A stretch of DNA of 64,000 nucleotides, from NCBI GenBank assembly GCA_011088265.1, contig JAALKB010000003.1:3670-67669 (forward strand), written 5' to 3'. Each line of letters opens with the position of its first letter. Position 1 is the stretch's first letter. This stretch comes from Gammaproteobacteria bacterium (GTDB taxonomy: Bacteria > Pseudomonadota > Gammaproteobacteria > Arenicellales > Poriferihabitantaceae). Shown here piece after piece: positions 29,469 through 40,270 of this stretch. The translations under genes were made by a program, and so were the position numbers. The notes under the pieces are model-generated. The model was not told the origin of the DNA and made no database searches. It saw nothing but the letters and a program-made list of their open reading frames with translations.

Positions 29469-29611
29469 CAGACGCATTAGCAAAGCCATTGCGAAACCTC
29501 GTGACCCAGAAGTTGGCTACTTTTCGTTCAGGATGGATGTTCACGACTTTTGCAGAGACTCTCCAATTACTGGTCACGCTTATTCCTGATTTTGTAATCC
29601 CCGGTCTGACT

Positions 29612-30887
29612 TTACCGAAATCGAAACTCATCGAGTTTATCTCTTAGCTGCATCAGCCAATAGCTGGTTTGAACCCCTGCACGACCCACTGGACCACCGG
29701 CCCATTGCGGTCCGAAATGAAAAAAATCCCTCCATCGGTCATCACCGTCAGTTATCGCGCTGGCGACCAGACATCCCGCCATTGCCGTGGTGTTCAGTCC
29801 ATGCCCTCCAAAAGCGGTAGCGACCCAGAGACCTGGTTGTAACTCACCAATGATGGGCATTTTATGCAAGGCGTATCCCATTAACCCAGACCAGTGATAG
29901 TCAATTCCTATATGCTTCAATGCCGGATAGGTTGCGCAAAACGTGTGTTTCATTTTTTTATCAAGACCATGAGGTGAACGTTGGCGGGTTGTGATCTTGC
30001 CGCCCCAAAGTAACCGATTTTCGTCAATCAGGCGATAGTAGTCTCCAGCGCGTCGGGTATCCGCCACCGCACAGGAAATGAGAATTGGGCTGTCTTCAAT
30101 TACCAGAGGCTCAGTCACCGCAATGTGAGTAGCCACCGGCAGTACCGCGGCGGCAATGGTCCTAACAAGCTCCCGATCATAGGCACTGGTACACAAAACC
30201 ACGGTATTGCCATGGATCACGGCGTCGCCTACCCAGCATTTCCTGGTTTCCTTTGATGATTCAAGCCGACTAACTCTACTATATTCATGGATCTTTCCCC
30301 CCCAATCGTTCTACTTCCAGCGCCAGTGCTCGAACATAGTTTAGTGGGTGAATATGAAAACCTTCCGGATCATAAAGTCCATCAAAATAACACTGACTTT
30401 TTAGCACTGAACGGGTTTTTTCCGGTTCCCATCTTTCCACAGCATGGTTACAATAATTTCTCAGGAAACCACATTCGTGTTCGAATTCTGCCGTTGCTAA
30501 ATAGCGACTTACTCCGAGAACACCGTTGCCCATCATTAATCCTGGGTCTAATGACATGATTTGCTCACGCACGTACTCCACCCCCATTCGGGAATATCCA
30601 TACAACGTCTTCGCCTTCTCCAGGCCAACGGATTTCACCAGGTTTCCGACCTCTTCAGCGAACCCCGCCATCACAAAACCACCGTTTCTTCCGGATGCCC
30701 CCCAGCCAACCCGTTTCCCTTCCAGTACTGTCACTGTTTTACCGGCACGCAGACATTCCAAAGCCGTCGTAAGCCCCGCGAGCCCTGCACCAATCACCAC
30801 CACGTCCGTTTTCCTTGAACCTACGAAGGCTGTGCGAATACCGTGTTCATTCAGCGTATTGGCATACCAACTGTTGGGATAGTTCAT
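29612..30887 (-). pseudogene. FAD-dependent oxidoreductase (PuuB/gamma-glutamylputrescine-oxidase-like), split by a frameshift
   Basis: ORF 30285..30887 (VVVIGAGLAGLTTALE) ends at ...ERLGGKDP*. Shifting one base at the C7 run (30297-30303) gives ...ERLGGKIHEYSRV...GDAVIHGNTVV, which is continuous with ORF 29612..30220. Confidence 0.85.
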
Positions 30888-31074
30888 ATCGTAGTTCTCA
30901 TATCAGCACCAAAGTGCCTTTTAGGGGCGATACGATTTCGGGTTTCACAGACAAGATTTTTCCTGCGAGTTGTCCCGCACAGTGATGTATAGCCTCTCCG
31001 CAAACAACCGAAAGACTCAATCACCAACCGTTTAGATACATCACAAACGGATAAATCCATGATCGAGTTGTTTT

Positions 31075-31920
31075 TCATGAGAAAGCCCTAATTGTTTGGG
31101 ATAACCATGGCCAACGGCTAGCAGCCTCATTGTTAACCACCAGATAGGTGTTTCGATAAAACTCCGGCGCCCCGACTACGGCAAAGAGTTTTTCAGTCTT
31201 AAGTTGTGTTTCTATCAGCCGCTCCGGCAAATAACCAGATACCGGAAATTCCGTGGGTTGCTTTAACATGTAGTCCTTCGCCCACACCGCTGAACCGATG
31301 GTTAAGAACGGCGTATCACCATCCGGATAGGTGGCGGCATGACTTTTTCTGAATTCCTCGCCGCTGTCGATATAGATGTATCCGGGGTCCCAACGTTGCA
31401 ACTTTCGCTTTACGGTCGAGACCAGGACCAACCGTTCCCGCCGAAGACGATACTCACTCCTGCTTGCGGTCAATGACGGGGTATAACATATCGCGGCATC
31501 GATTAGCCCAGAGCCAAGCCATCGATCCAGAGTCGACTGATCTCCGGACCAGGCCGATAGCGCCATATTTTTTCCGGAATGTTGAACGTATTGAAACAGG
31601 GGTTCACCAAAACCCGGCCACAAATCGCTATGGCAGCCTAAATTGAAAATCATTTCCACCATAGAAGGTAAAGCGGTTTCCTGTCTGGCTTGTCGCCAGA
31701 TATCCACCATCAATTGGGCGTATCGCTCAAAACGAAAACCCGCCGAGGTTAACTCTGCACCAGATTTTCGACGATGAAAAAGCACCTGACCAATTTCATC
31801 TTCTAACCCATTTAGTCTTGCAGTGATCGTGGACTGGGTCACATTTAGCTGTTCGGCAGCGCGATTGAGTTGTCCCGTTTCAACGACGGCAAGGAAAGTC
31901 TGTATTTCAGATAAGTTCAT
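31075..31920 (-). CDS. LysR-family transcriptional regulator
   Basis: MNLSEIQTFLAVVETGQLNRAAEQLNVTQSTITARL wHTH. Divergent from the LLM monooxygenase gene. Confidence 0.8.
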   Translation of the reverse strand: MNLSEIQTFLAVVETGQLNRAAEQLNVTQSTITARLNGLEDEIGQVLFHRRKSGAELTSAGFRFERYAQLMVDIWRQARQETALPSMVEMIFNLGCHSDLWPGFGEPLFQYVQHSGKNMALSAWSGDQSTLDRWLGSGLIDAAICYTPSLTASRSEYRLRRERLVLVSTVKRKLQRWDPGYIYIDSGEEFRKSHAATYPDGDTPFLTIGSAVWAKDYMLKQPTEFPVSGYLPERLIETQLKTEKLFAVVGAPEFYRNTYLVVNNEAASRWPWLSQTIRAFS

Positions 31921-32091
31921 TGCACCTGGTATTAGTGTAATCAGAGAGTAACCAGCCATAATCCAATCAGTATGATCCATTCATTGCTGATTAAATTTGA
32001 TTATATCGAACTTAATGGTCAAAATATTTCGTTTGTTAACTTTTATGGCTTGATGCAAAATTGACTTTTTTAAACATCTCCCTAACAACTC

Positions 32092-33111
32092 ATGGATTTC
32101 AGCATTCAGCTTTCGGCTTACTATCCTGATAAGGAATATGGAGGCGACCGCCTTTATCGTGACATGTTGGAGCAGGCTGTGATGGCTGATCGCATGGGCT
32201 ATGACGCGGTCTCGATTACAGAACATCATTTGATCAACATTCTGATGATGCCCGCTCCACTGCAGTTCGCCGTAAAAATCGCTAGCCAAACCCAAAAGGT
32301 TAAAATCATCACTAGCGTTACCGTATTGCCTCTTCATGATATGCGCACCTATGCCGGAGAGGTGGTTTGTGCAGATATCTTTACCGATCACCGGTTATTG
32401 CTCGGCGTGGGTCGAGGAGCATTTGGGTTTGAAATGGATCGGCTGGGCGTTCCGCTGGATATTAGTCGGGAAAAATTCGACGAATCCCTGAACGTGCTGC
32501 AAGCGCTGCTAAGTGAGGAAGAAGTCTCCTGGGATGGGAAGTATTATCAATTTCCCCCGCTGACCATTATGCCCAGACCTGTATCAGAGATTCCCATTAT
32601 GATGGGAGTATTGGTACCCGAAGCAATTTACCATTGCACCCTGCGAGGATTTCACATTCAGACCACACCATTATCCGGGAACCATCAATATATGCTGGAT
32701 CAAATTGGGGCTTTTACCAAGGCCAAAAATGAACTGGGAGAAAAAGGGGATCATCTAACTTTATCCTTGTCCCGGGTGACGTTTCTCTCCAATAGCGCTG
32801 CTGATCGTAACCGTAAAATACAAATGGCCCACGACTATTACAGTCGATTTGATAATGTTTACACCGGACCAGGTATTGTGGAAAACGGCATGATCAAACC
32901 ATTACCAAGAAATATGTCACTGGATGAAACCGCCGAAAATCTCACCATCTGCACACCGAGCGAGATGATCGACAAGCTGGGGCCCTACGCGGAAGCTGGA
33001 GTTGATCGGTTTATCATGAACATCAATTTCGGTGTTGAACAATCAGAAACACTTGATTCTATTCAGTGTTTTGCCGAAGAAGTCATGCCTCATTTCACCA
33101 ACAAATCTTAA
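32092..33111 (+). CDS. LLM-class (luciferase-like) flavin-dependent oxidoreductase
   Basis: ADRMGYDAVSITEHH...LLLGVGRG is the typical bacterial luciferase-like monooxygenase fold signature. 339 aa. Confidence 0.8.
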   Translation: MDFSIQLSAYYPDKEYGGDRLYRDMLEQAVMADRMGYDAVSITEHHLINILMMPAPLQFAVKIASQTQKVKIITSVTVLPLHDMRTYAGEVVCADIFTDHRLLLGVGRGAFGFEMDRLGVPLDISREKFDESLNVLQALLSEEEVSWDGKYYQFPPLTIMPRPVSEIPIMMGVLVPEAIYHCTLRGFHIQTTPLSGNHQYMLDQIGAFTKAKNELGEKGDHLTLSLSRVTFLSNSAADRNRKIQMAHDYYSRFDNVYTGPGIVENGMIKPLPRNMSLDETAENLTICTPSEMIDKLGPYAEAGVDRFIMNINFGVEQSETLDSIQCFAEEVMPHFTNKS

Positions 33112-33171
33112 ATCCCATTCGATCTCTCCAATAGGTGTCTCGGGAAACGAAAAATAATCCGTTAACTAAAA

Positions 33172-34320
33172 TCAATCGGCTTTTGTTTTTGCGGCTTTTG
33201 TTTTTGGTTTCTCACTCTCTTTATTCTCGCCAAACAACCAGGCTTTGGATGAATCCGGACTGACGTGTAGTGTTGACGTTGGGAAGGCACATTCTGCGCC
33301 ATGGGACTCGATAATCTCCAGTATCTTTAACAACACTTCCTGTTTTACCCGATGATATTCTGTCCAACTTTTTGTCACTGTAAAACAGTAAACAAAGAAG
33401 TCCAGTGAAGATGGCGCAAAGCTCGTAAAATTTACCACCGGCGTTTGACTGGAATCAATGCCCTCATTGCTAGATAGATAAGCGGTTACGTCTCCAATGA
33501 TGTCATCCATTACCGTTGCGTCGTCGTAACGGATACCGATGGTTTCGTAGATCTGCCGCCCAGTTCGGCGATTTCCATTTTTAATGGTGATGGTAGAAAA
33601 CACGGAATTAGGAATATACATCGGCTGACTATCGAAGCCTCGAATCATGGTAATTCTCCAACCAATCTTCTCCACTGAGCCAGCTATATCCCGATCAGGG
33701 GAGTGGATCCAATCCCCCACCGAAAAAGGGCGGTCCAAATAAACCATGAGTCCCCCAAAAAAGTTTGAGAGTAGATCCTTGGCCGCAAATCCGATTGCGA
33801 TCCCCCCTACACCACCAAAAGTGAGTACGCCGGCCACACTGATTCCAACAGACTGTAGTGTGACCAGGGTCGCTACTATTATCACTGATAGTTTAAGCAA
33901 CTTTGTGATTGCTTCCGCCGCCGTGTGGTCGAAGTGTTCTGACGTCTTCTTTTTACGTTGAATAAGCACATGTTGAAATTGATCAATAAAACGAACCAGA
34001 AACCAGGTAATTGAAAAAATGATTCCGACTTGTCTAACCACATTAACGTAAACCAGATAGTCACTATCCAAATCCCGCTGAATCAGATCCACTAAAACCG
34101 AGAACCCAACAATCCAAATGACCAACCTCACTGGAGGTCCTATTGACGTTACCAATACATTGTCCCAGGGATTAGCAGTCTTGTTGGCTTTGACACGAAC
34201 TCTATTGAGAATGAGCCGACTCAAAACTGAGAGCACCAGTACAACTCCTATGACCACTAACGCTTTAATCATCCAGGAACTGGAATCGAAAATTGGTAAC
34301 CACTCGTCAATCATACTCAT
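33172..34320 (-). CDS. mechanosensitive ion channel (MscS family)
   Basis: N-terminal TM helices followed by GGIAIGFAAKDLLSNFFGGLMVYLDRPFSVGDWI, the MscS pore/beta-domain signature. Confidence 0.85.
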   Translation of the reverse strand: MSMIDEWLPIFDSSSWMIKALVVIGVVLVLSVLSRLILNRVRVKANKTANPWDNVLVTSIGPPVRLVIWIVGFSVLVDLIQRDLDSDYLVYVNVVRQVGIIFSITWFLVRFIDQFQHVLIQRKKKTSEHFDHTAAEAITKLLKLSVIIVATLVTLQSVGISVAGVLTFGGVGGIAIGFAAKDLLSNFFGGLMVYLDRPFSVGDWIHSPDRDIAGSVEKIGWRITMIRGFDSQPMYIPNSVFSTITIKNGNRRTGRQIYETIGIRYDDATVMDDIIGDVTAYLSSNEGIDSSQTPVVNFTSFAPSSLDFFVYCFTVTKSWTEYHRVKQEVLLKILEIIESHGAECAFPTSTLHVSPDSSKAWLFGENKESEKPKTKAAKTKAD

Positions 34321-34513
34321 TTAGAAAACTTCCTACTTTTGGAAACTCAGCATTAAGCTGAAGAAAGTCGTGTGAAGAGCATTTATCCAACGCCAGCCAC
34401 ACACCCATTCAAAAGCGTAAATATACAACCTATGAGCTGGGTTTGGCGAATGGTAGGGGCTTTAAGAGGGGCTTTTGAATGAGCATCAAATGGGTTTTGA
34501 CCTCGCTACCGCT

Positions 34514-35315
34514 TCATTGCAACCGTCCATAGAACGTCATCCGGGCAGATTCGGAAAGAGCAATATTCGGTTCAGTGTTATAGGCAAGTACAACCAACAT
34601 GCGAGTCATGTCGCCTTCTACTGGAGTGACCCGATGCATCGAGTTTCTACCCCGGAATAACACCAACGCCCCATCATCCATAGCAAGTCCCTGGGCTTCG
34701 ACCTTACCATCAAGAATTTTTCCTGACAATTCATAGTTCATATCACCTCGGTCTGCATCCCTAACATCTTTTACGTATTCGAATCTGCCACCACTTAGGG
34801 GTTTTTGGATCATCAATGTGATAGCGAAAGATGAATTGTCAAAATGCCAACCCAGCTCCTGCCCCACACTCGCATAGTGAAGATTGATGGATGAGAGGGG
34901 GGTCGGCATATTCATAGAGACTGGATTCACCCAACACTCTGCATAGAAACTGCCGAAACCCGTCCGCGTCATACAGTGTTCTTAGCGCAGACTCCATGGG
35001 AATCTGATCGGTAGTGATGCAACCCTTGGAAGAGATAACTTCCCGGTTTCTGGGATGAATAGCCGGGAAGCCCGGGGCTGTGGGTTTAAGATAGATATTG
35101 TGATTTGAGTCGGTGAAAAAAGCCAAATGCTGGTTCTTCTTTCCTTCCTGTTTTACCGCTTCAATAACCGGGAACTTGAGAAATTTCTCAAGTACTAACA
35201 CTCCCTTTTCATTCAGCGTACCCTTGCATTGCTGCTGAAATTCAAGATTTTGAAAGGGATGGAGATCGACATTCACAATGTCTTCCAGGGACGTCTCTTC
35301 TATGGAACTCTTCAT
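34514..35315 (-). pseudogene. Fe(II)/2-oxoglutarate oxygenase-like protein, split by a frameshift
   Basis: ORF 34839..35315 ends ...LYEYADPPLIHQ. Removing one base at the G6 run (34897-34902) gives ...YADPLSSINLHYASVGQELGWHFDNS, continuous with ORF 34514..34972. HFD and distal HRV motifs are present. Confidence 0.75.
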
Positions 35316-35424
35316 ATTGCTCGCTTCATATCGCTCGTGGCGGGTAGGGTCTATTTGTCTGTCCGTGATTTTAACCAGATTAATCCCCGGTTTCCGGGTC
35401 TTCGTAATGTTGTATTACCAACTC

Positions 35425-36195
35425 TTAGGCAGCTACTGACGGTTGATACCTTGCCCCCAGATCATATCGGCTACTGGGATAAATCATGTCCACCGCAGTA
35501 ACGACAGACCCCCGCTCCCAGGTTCGCCGCTTTAACCGCAAACAGGGTTCCGTCAACGGGATTATAAGATGAATAGCCATATAGTCGTCTGGCATAACTG
35601 CCTGTACGATATGTTCAAGTTCATCCGGACGAATCTGACTCACCAGGTAATCGGTCGAGGTGGTTTGGGTGAAATCCATATTTATGAACCCCGGCACCTT
35701 GTCAGGATTAACATAACGTAGCTCCATTTGAATCGGGACCTCGTCCTGATAATGGATAGTTTTCAGTTGAAATAATCTCGCCCCTGCCTTCACACCCATT
35801 CGCTCCGCCGCCTCCCCCTGGGCCGGTAACTCACACTGGGATAAGACCTCAGAGCGATGCACCTTCCCCTGGGATTTTATTTCTTCGGCAATGGAACGCA
35901 GCTCGATTAGGCTCGCCTGTCTGGGGGGTTCGGCGACAAACGTACCCAATCCATGGACTCGTTTTAATAGCCCCTCTGCGGTAAGTTCTCTTAAGGGCCG
36001 ATTAATGGTCATACGGCTCGCCCCAAGCTCCATAGCCAACTGGTTTTCAGACGGAATCATGTAACCTGGCTGCCAATCCCCACTGAGAATCTGTCCCTTG
36101 ATAGCATTCTTGATCTGTTGATACATTGGAACACTGGTGTCACCACAGAGTTCCATTTTTAATGTTTTCGCGCTCATCAACTCTTTAGTTGGCAA
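35425..36195 (-). CDS. hutC: histidine utilization repressor (GntR/HutC family)
   Basis: PMYQQIKNAIKGQILSG...IPSENQLAMELGASRMTINRPLRELT wHTH plus a UTRA domain. Divergent from hutF-hutH. The start may be ATG 36177 instead of TTG 36195. Confidence 0.85.
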   Translation of the reverse strand: MPTKELMSAKTLKMELCGDTSVPMYQQIKNAIKGQILSGDWQPGYMIPSENQLAMELGASRMTINRPLRELTAEGLLKRVHGLGTFVAEPPRQASLIELRSIAEEIKSQGKVHRSEVLSQCELPAQGEAAERMGVKAGARLFQLKTIHYQDEVPIQMELRYVNPDKVPGFINMDFTQTTSTDYLVSQIRPDELEHIVQAVMPDDYMAIHLIIPLTEPCLRLKRRTWERGSVVTAVDMIYPSSRYDLGARYQPSVAA

Positions 36196-36355
36196 TTTAG
36201 GCCTTTGTTAGCGATTTGGACCTTTGTTATAAATTTTGAATGGACTGACCCACCGATACTGTGGCTTTTCGAACCATCGACCTTCCATCCAGTTCACATA
36301 TATTCCAGGTTCGCATATATAGGGGATTTTGAACATTAAATCACATCCCTCCTAA

Positions 36356-36369
36356 CTTGTATATACATG
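36356..36369. promoter_or_regulatory. candidate HutC operator
   Basis: cttgtatatacatg contains the perfect palindrome TGTATATACA and resembles the recalled CTTGTATnTACAAG hut operator. It lies in the hutC/hutF divergent region, 58 nt before hutF. Confidence 0.55.
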
Positions 36370-36426
36370 TATAGTCTCTTATACTGAACCATTCGATGTT
36401 GAACTCTACCGTGACAGGAACAATTT

Positions 36427-37791
36427 GTGAAAATCTTGCATTTGAAATCAGCGTTACTGCCAGAGGGGTGGACAAGGAATGTGCAGATCAGCATTGATGG
36501 TAGCGGCAATATCGCAGAAATCAAAACCGGCGTTCCCGCTGCAAAGGAAGGCTGTCTTTTACCGGGAATCGCGAACCTGCATTCCCATGCCCATCAACGA
36601 GCCATGGCGGGGCTGGCAGAGAAAGCAGGGGATAGCAATGACAGCTTTTGGACCTGGCGAAAAACGATGTATGGCTTCCTGGATTCCATCAAACCTGAAC
36701 AGCTAAACGCCATCGCAGCCCAGCTGTATTTGGAACTGCTGAAATCCGGTTACACCCGAGTCGCAGAGTTCCAATATTTACATCATCAAAAGGACGGAGC
36801 CCAACACGACAATGTTGCTGAAATGTCCTTACAGACGCTTGCTGCTGCCCGTAACGTCGGTCTTGGAATCACCAATCTACCGGTTCATTATCAATTTGGT
36901 GGCTTTGGTGGACTACCTACCTCGGATCAACAACGGCGATTTGCCAATAACCCGGAACAATTCCTGTCCATCGTTGAAAAACTACGGGAATCGGGGAAAG
37001 GCGATGATGATGTGGTAACCGGGATCGCTGCTCATTCCCTAAGAGCTGTTACCAAACAATCTTTCGGTGAAATACTAGGTGCTCTCAGCCAAAACGCGGG
37101 AATGCCTATTCATATCCATATCGCGGAACAGACCAGGGAAGTGGATGATTGCATTAGCTGGAGTGGTGCACGACCCGTTGAATACCTTTATCAGCACTTT
37201 GATGTAAACCCAAACTGGTGCCTGATTCATGCTACACACATGACATCAGACGAAACCCTTACCATGGCGAGAAGCGGAGCAGTTGCCGGTCTCTGCCCAA
37301 CCACAGAGGGAAATTTGGGAGACGGTTTTTTTAATGCCACCCAATACCTTGAAGCAGGAGGGAAACTCGGTATCGGCTCCGACAGCCATATTTCAACGTC
37401 ACCCACCGAAGAGCTACGTTGGTTTGAGTATGGCCAACGACTGATCCACCATTCCCGCAATCAGCTCTCCGGAGGATTTAACCGTAGTACAGGACGCAAT
37501 CTATTTGACATCGTTGCATCGGGCGGAGCACAGGCTTGCGGTCATAATAGCGGTGCTATCGAAGTGGGCAAACGTGCTGACCTCGTCGTATTGGACACGG
37601 AACATTCTCTGCTTTGTGAGCGCCAGGAAGACGAACTACTAGATAGTTGGATTTTTTCCGGTAATGAGAATCCGGTTCGGGATGTTTATGTTGGCGGCAA
37701 ACAGGTCATCGACAACGGACACCACATCAACGAAATCGAAATACGGCAACGATTTCGAGCAACCCTAAAAGCCCTACGACAAAACCAATGA
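36427..37791 (+). CDS. hutF: formimidoylglutamate deiminase
   Basis: 454-aa amidohydrolase (NLHSHAHQRAMAG, HIHIAEQ). GTG start. Overlaps the hutH start. Confidence 0.85.
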   Translation: MKILHLKSALLPEGWTRNVQISIDGSGNIAEIKTGVPAAKEGCLLPGIANLHSHAHQRAMAGLAEKAGDSNDSFWTWRKTMYGFLDSIKPEQLNAIAAQLYLELLKSGYTRVAEFQYLHHQKDGAQHDNVAEMSLQTLAAARNVGLGITNLPVHYQFGGFGGLPTSDQQRRFANNPEQFLSIVEKLRESGKGDDDVVTGIAAHSLRAVTKQSFGEILGALSQNAGMPIHIHIAEQTREVDDCISWSGARPVEYLYQHFDVNPNWCLIHATHMTSDETLTMARSGAVAGLCPTTEGNLGDGFFNATQYLEAGGKLGIGSDSHISTSPTEELRWFEYGQRLIHHSRNQLSGGFNRSTGRNLFDIVASGGAQACGHNSGAIEVGKRADLVVLDTEHSLLCERQEDELLDSWIFSGNENPVRDVYVGGKQVIDNGHHINEIEIRQRFRATLKALRQNQ

Positions 37792-39329
37792 ACACGCTGA
37801 AAAAAACCTCTATAACATTGACCCCGGGGGAGCTAACCCTCGGAACACTGCGGGATGTTTACTTCAACGGCGTCGCTTTGGAGGTCTCCGACGCTACCTG
37901 GCAGCAGATTCATCAGGCCCAGGAACTGGTTCAGGAAAAAGTTAACAGCGGAGACATTGTGTATGGTGTGAATACGGGTTTCGGGAGATTAGCCCATAAG
38001 CATATTGAAAAAGATCTGTTGACTGAATTGCAACATAATCTGATTCTTTCCCACGCAACCGGAGTTGGCGAGTACCTTGATCCAGCCACCGTCCGTTTGA
38101 TTCTGCTATTAAAGATAAACGGCCTAGCCAGGGGATTTTCAGGAGTACGACGGGAAATCATTGAACTACTGATCGCTATGCTGAATAACGACATGTTACC
38201 AGCCATTCCGGGAAAGGGGTCCGTTGGGGCATCCGGGGATCTGGCCCCCCTGGCACACCTCAGTCTACCTATCATTAATGAAGGAGTAGTTCATTTCAGG
38301 GGTGAGTCCATGAAGAGCGAACACGCTCTTCATCAGCTAGGATTGTCTCCTCTTCAATTAACGGCAAAAGAGGGGCTCGCCTTGCTGAACGGAACCCAGG
38401 TTTCCACAGCACTGGCACTAAAGGGACTGTTTAAGGTTGAGCAAAATCTTAACGCTGCCCTGGTGGCCGGCAGTTTGACGGTGGAAGCCGCTCTGGGCAG
38501 TCGCACCCCTTTTGATTCCCGGATTCAAAACGTAAGAGGACAACCCGGCCAAATTGAAGCAGCCAGCATTTATCGGCAACTACTCACACACAGCGAGATC
38601 GCTGACTCCCATGCCCAATGCAGTAAAGTACAGGATCCTTATTCTCTGCGCTGTCAGCCCCAGGTAATGGGTGCGTGCATGGACCAATTGCGCAACGCCG
38701 CCAGCATTATCGCCATTGAAGCGAATGCGGTTTCGGATAATCCGTTGATTTTTACTGCCCAGGGAGACATTTTGTCTGGAGGCAATTTCCACGCCCAGCC
38801 TATTGCGTTCGCTGCGGATAACATTGCCATTGCCATTGCTGAAATAGGTTCGATGTCGGAACGCCGCATGGCATTGTTATTGGATACCAACATGAGTGAA
38901 TTGCCTGCTTTTCTGGTCGAGGATGCAGGTGTTAATAGTGGGTTTATGATCGCTCAAATTACTGCGGCGGCGCTGGTTAGTGAAAATAAAAGCCTCGCGC
39001 ACCCAGCAAGCGTAGATAGCATTCCAACTTCCGCGAATCAGGAGGACCATGTAAGTATGGCCACCTTTGCCGCTCGTCGTTTAACTGACATGAACCTGAA
39101 CACCCGCTATGTGGTAGCCATTGAATTATTGGCTGCATGTCAGGGCATCGAACTACGTCGGCCACTGAAATCAAATGAGACACTGGAATACTATTGGTCA
39201 GAAATCCGTAAAGTAGCCGCGTATTGGGATCATGACCGATACTTCCAACCTGATCTTGAAGCCATCTCTTTATTGATCAAAAATAACACCTTTGGGTCCT
39301 GGGCGACCCAGTATATCCACGGTGAGTAG
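37788..39329 (+). CDS. hutH: histidine ammonia-lyase
   Basis: GSVGASGDLAPLAHL MIO-forming ASG motif. 513 aa. Confidence 0.92.
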   Translation: MNTLKKTSITLTPGELTLGTLRDVYFNGVALEVSDATWQQIHQAQELVQEKVNSGDIVYGVNTGFGRLAHKHIEKDLLTELQHNLILSHATGVGEYLDPATVRLILLLKINGLARGFSGVRREIIELLIAMLNNDMLPAIPGKGSVGASGDLAPLAHLSLPIINEGVVHFRGESMKSEHALHQLGLSPLQLTAKEGLALLNGTQVSTALALKGLFKVEQNLNAALVAGSLTVEAALGSRTPFDSRIQNVRGQPGQIEAASIYRQLLTHSEIADSHAQCSKVQDPYSLRCQPQVMGACMDQLRNAASIIAIEANAVSDNPLIFTAQGDILSGGNFHAQPIAFAADNIAIAIAEIGSMSERRMALLLDTNMSELPAFLVEDAGVNSGFMIAQITAAALVSENKSLAHPASVDSIPTSANQEDHVSMATFAARRLTDMNLNTRYVVAIELLAACQGIELRRPLKSNETLEYYWSEIRKVAAYWDHDRYFQPDLEAISLLIKNNTFGSWATQYIHGE

Positions 39330-39378
39330 GGCCAGAGTGAGTACCAATCTGAGTACCGGGGCCAGAATGAGTACCAGG
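39329..39378. repeat. imperfect direct repeats containing TGAGTACC x3
   Basis: ggccagagtgagtacc aatc tgagtacc gg ggccagaatgagtacc, starting at the hutH stop codon. Confidence 0.7.
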
Positions 39379-39444
39379 GTTTGTCATTCTATTTTCTACA
39401 TCGTTGCATAAAATCGGATATGTAACCAAATATAAAATTAAATA

Positions 39445-40020
39445 ATGTCTATTAGAGAAATTCTGCAAATCGGTCACCCGGTCTTATCTACTCCTGCGAA
39501 CCCAATTGATATCGCGAAGATTGGAACTCCGGAAGTGCAAAGCTGGATAGACGACATGATTGACACCATGCGGGACGCCAATGGTGCTGGCATCGCGGCT
39601 AACCAGGTTGGAATTCCTTATCGTCTGTTTATTATTGAGGTCGGAAATAATCCACGCTACCCGTATAAACCTACCGTTCCCCTAACCATAGCCATTAATC
39701 CTGAAATTGAATTCCTTACGGACGAAACATTTGAATCCAACGAGGGCTGTCTTTCAGTTCCCCAGATGCGAGCCATGGTAAATCGTCACGTTGAAATTCG
39801 TGCCTCCTACTATGACCGCGATGGAAATCACCAAACACAGGAAATAAGGGGTTACTCAGCCTGCACATGGCAGCATGAATACGACCACCTCGATGGAATT
39901 CTATTTCCTAACCGGGTTACGGATATGCATTCATTTTGCTCATGGTCAGTTTTCCAGCAATACCAACAACCGGAATTCGCAAAAACCGTTCGTGCATTGG
40001 TAGAAAAATGGGGAGCGTAG
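39445..40020 (+). CDS. def: peptide deformylase
   Basis: GAGIAANQVG, EGCLS and HEYDHLDG motifs. Confidence 0.92.
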   Translation: MSIREILQIGHPVLSTPANPIDIAKIGTPEVQSWIDDMIDTMRDANGAGIAANQVGIPYRLFIIEVGNNPRYPYKPTVPLTIAINPEIEFLTDETFESNEGCLSVPQMRAMVNRHVEIRASYYDRDGNHQTQEIRGYSACTWQHEYDHLDGILFPNRVTDMHSFCSWSVFQQYQQPEFAKTVRALVEKWGA

Positions 40021-40270
40021 GGGGTGTGACGTTTGCCAGAGTGCGTCCCGGGTAGGGAATACCTAGAGTAATTTTGTCCTGACAGGAAGCGATGAAGAGC
40101 CACACCAATTATTAGTATACCCGTTCTATTAGGACGAATGACAACATCCACTATACCCAGGTCAGGTATTCAAACATGAGACTCGGCCCAGGCTTTATAC
40201 GCGTCCTACCATTCTCTTCTGACTTATCTGGGTCCGATTAAAAAGGCCACACGAGTAAATTCCACCATCA

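Noticed and set aside
31981-32391. 136-aa minus-strand ORF adjacent to the LysR gene.
   Set aside because: It is antisense to the well-supported LLM monooxygenase gene and to the divergent promoter region, so it is a shadow ORF. The same reasoning applies to the many other track ORFs antisense to strong genes, for example 1941..2321, 5215..5508, 13422..13664, 20713..21114 and 52244..52585.
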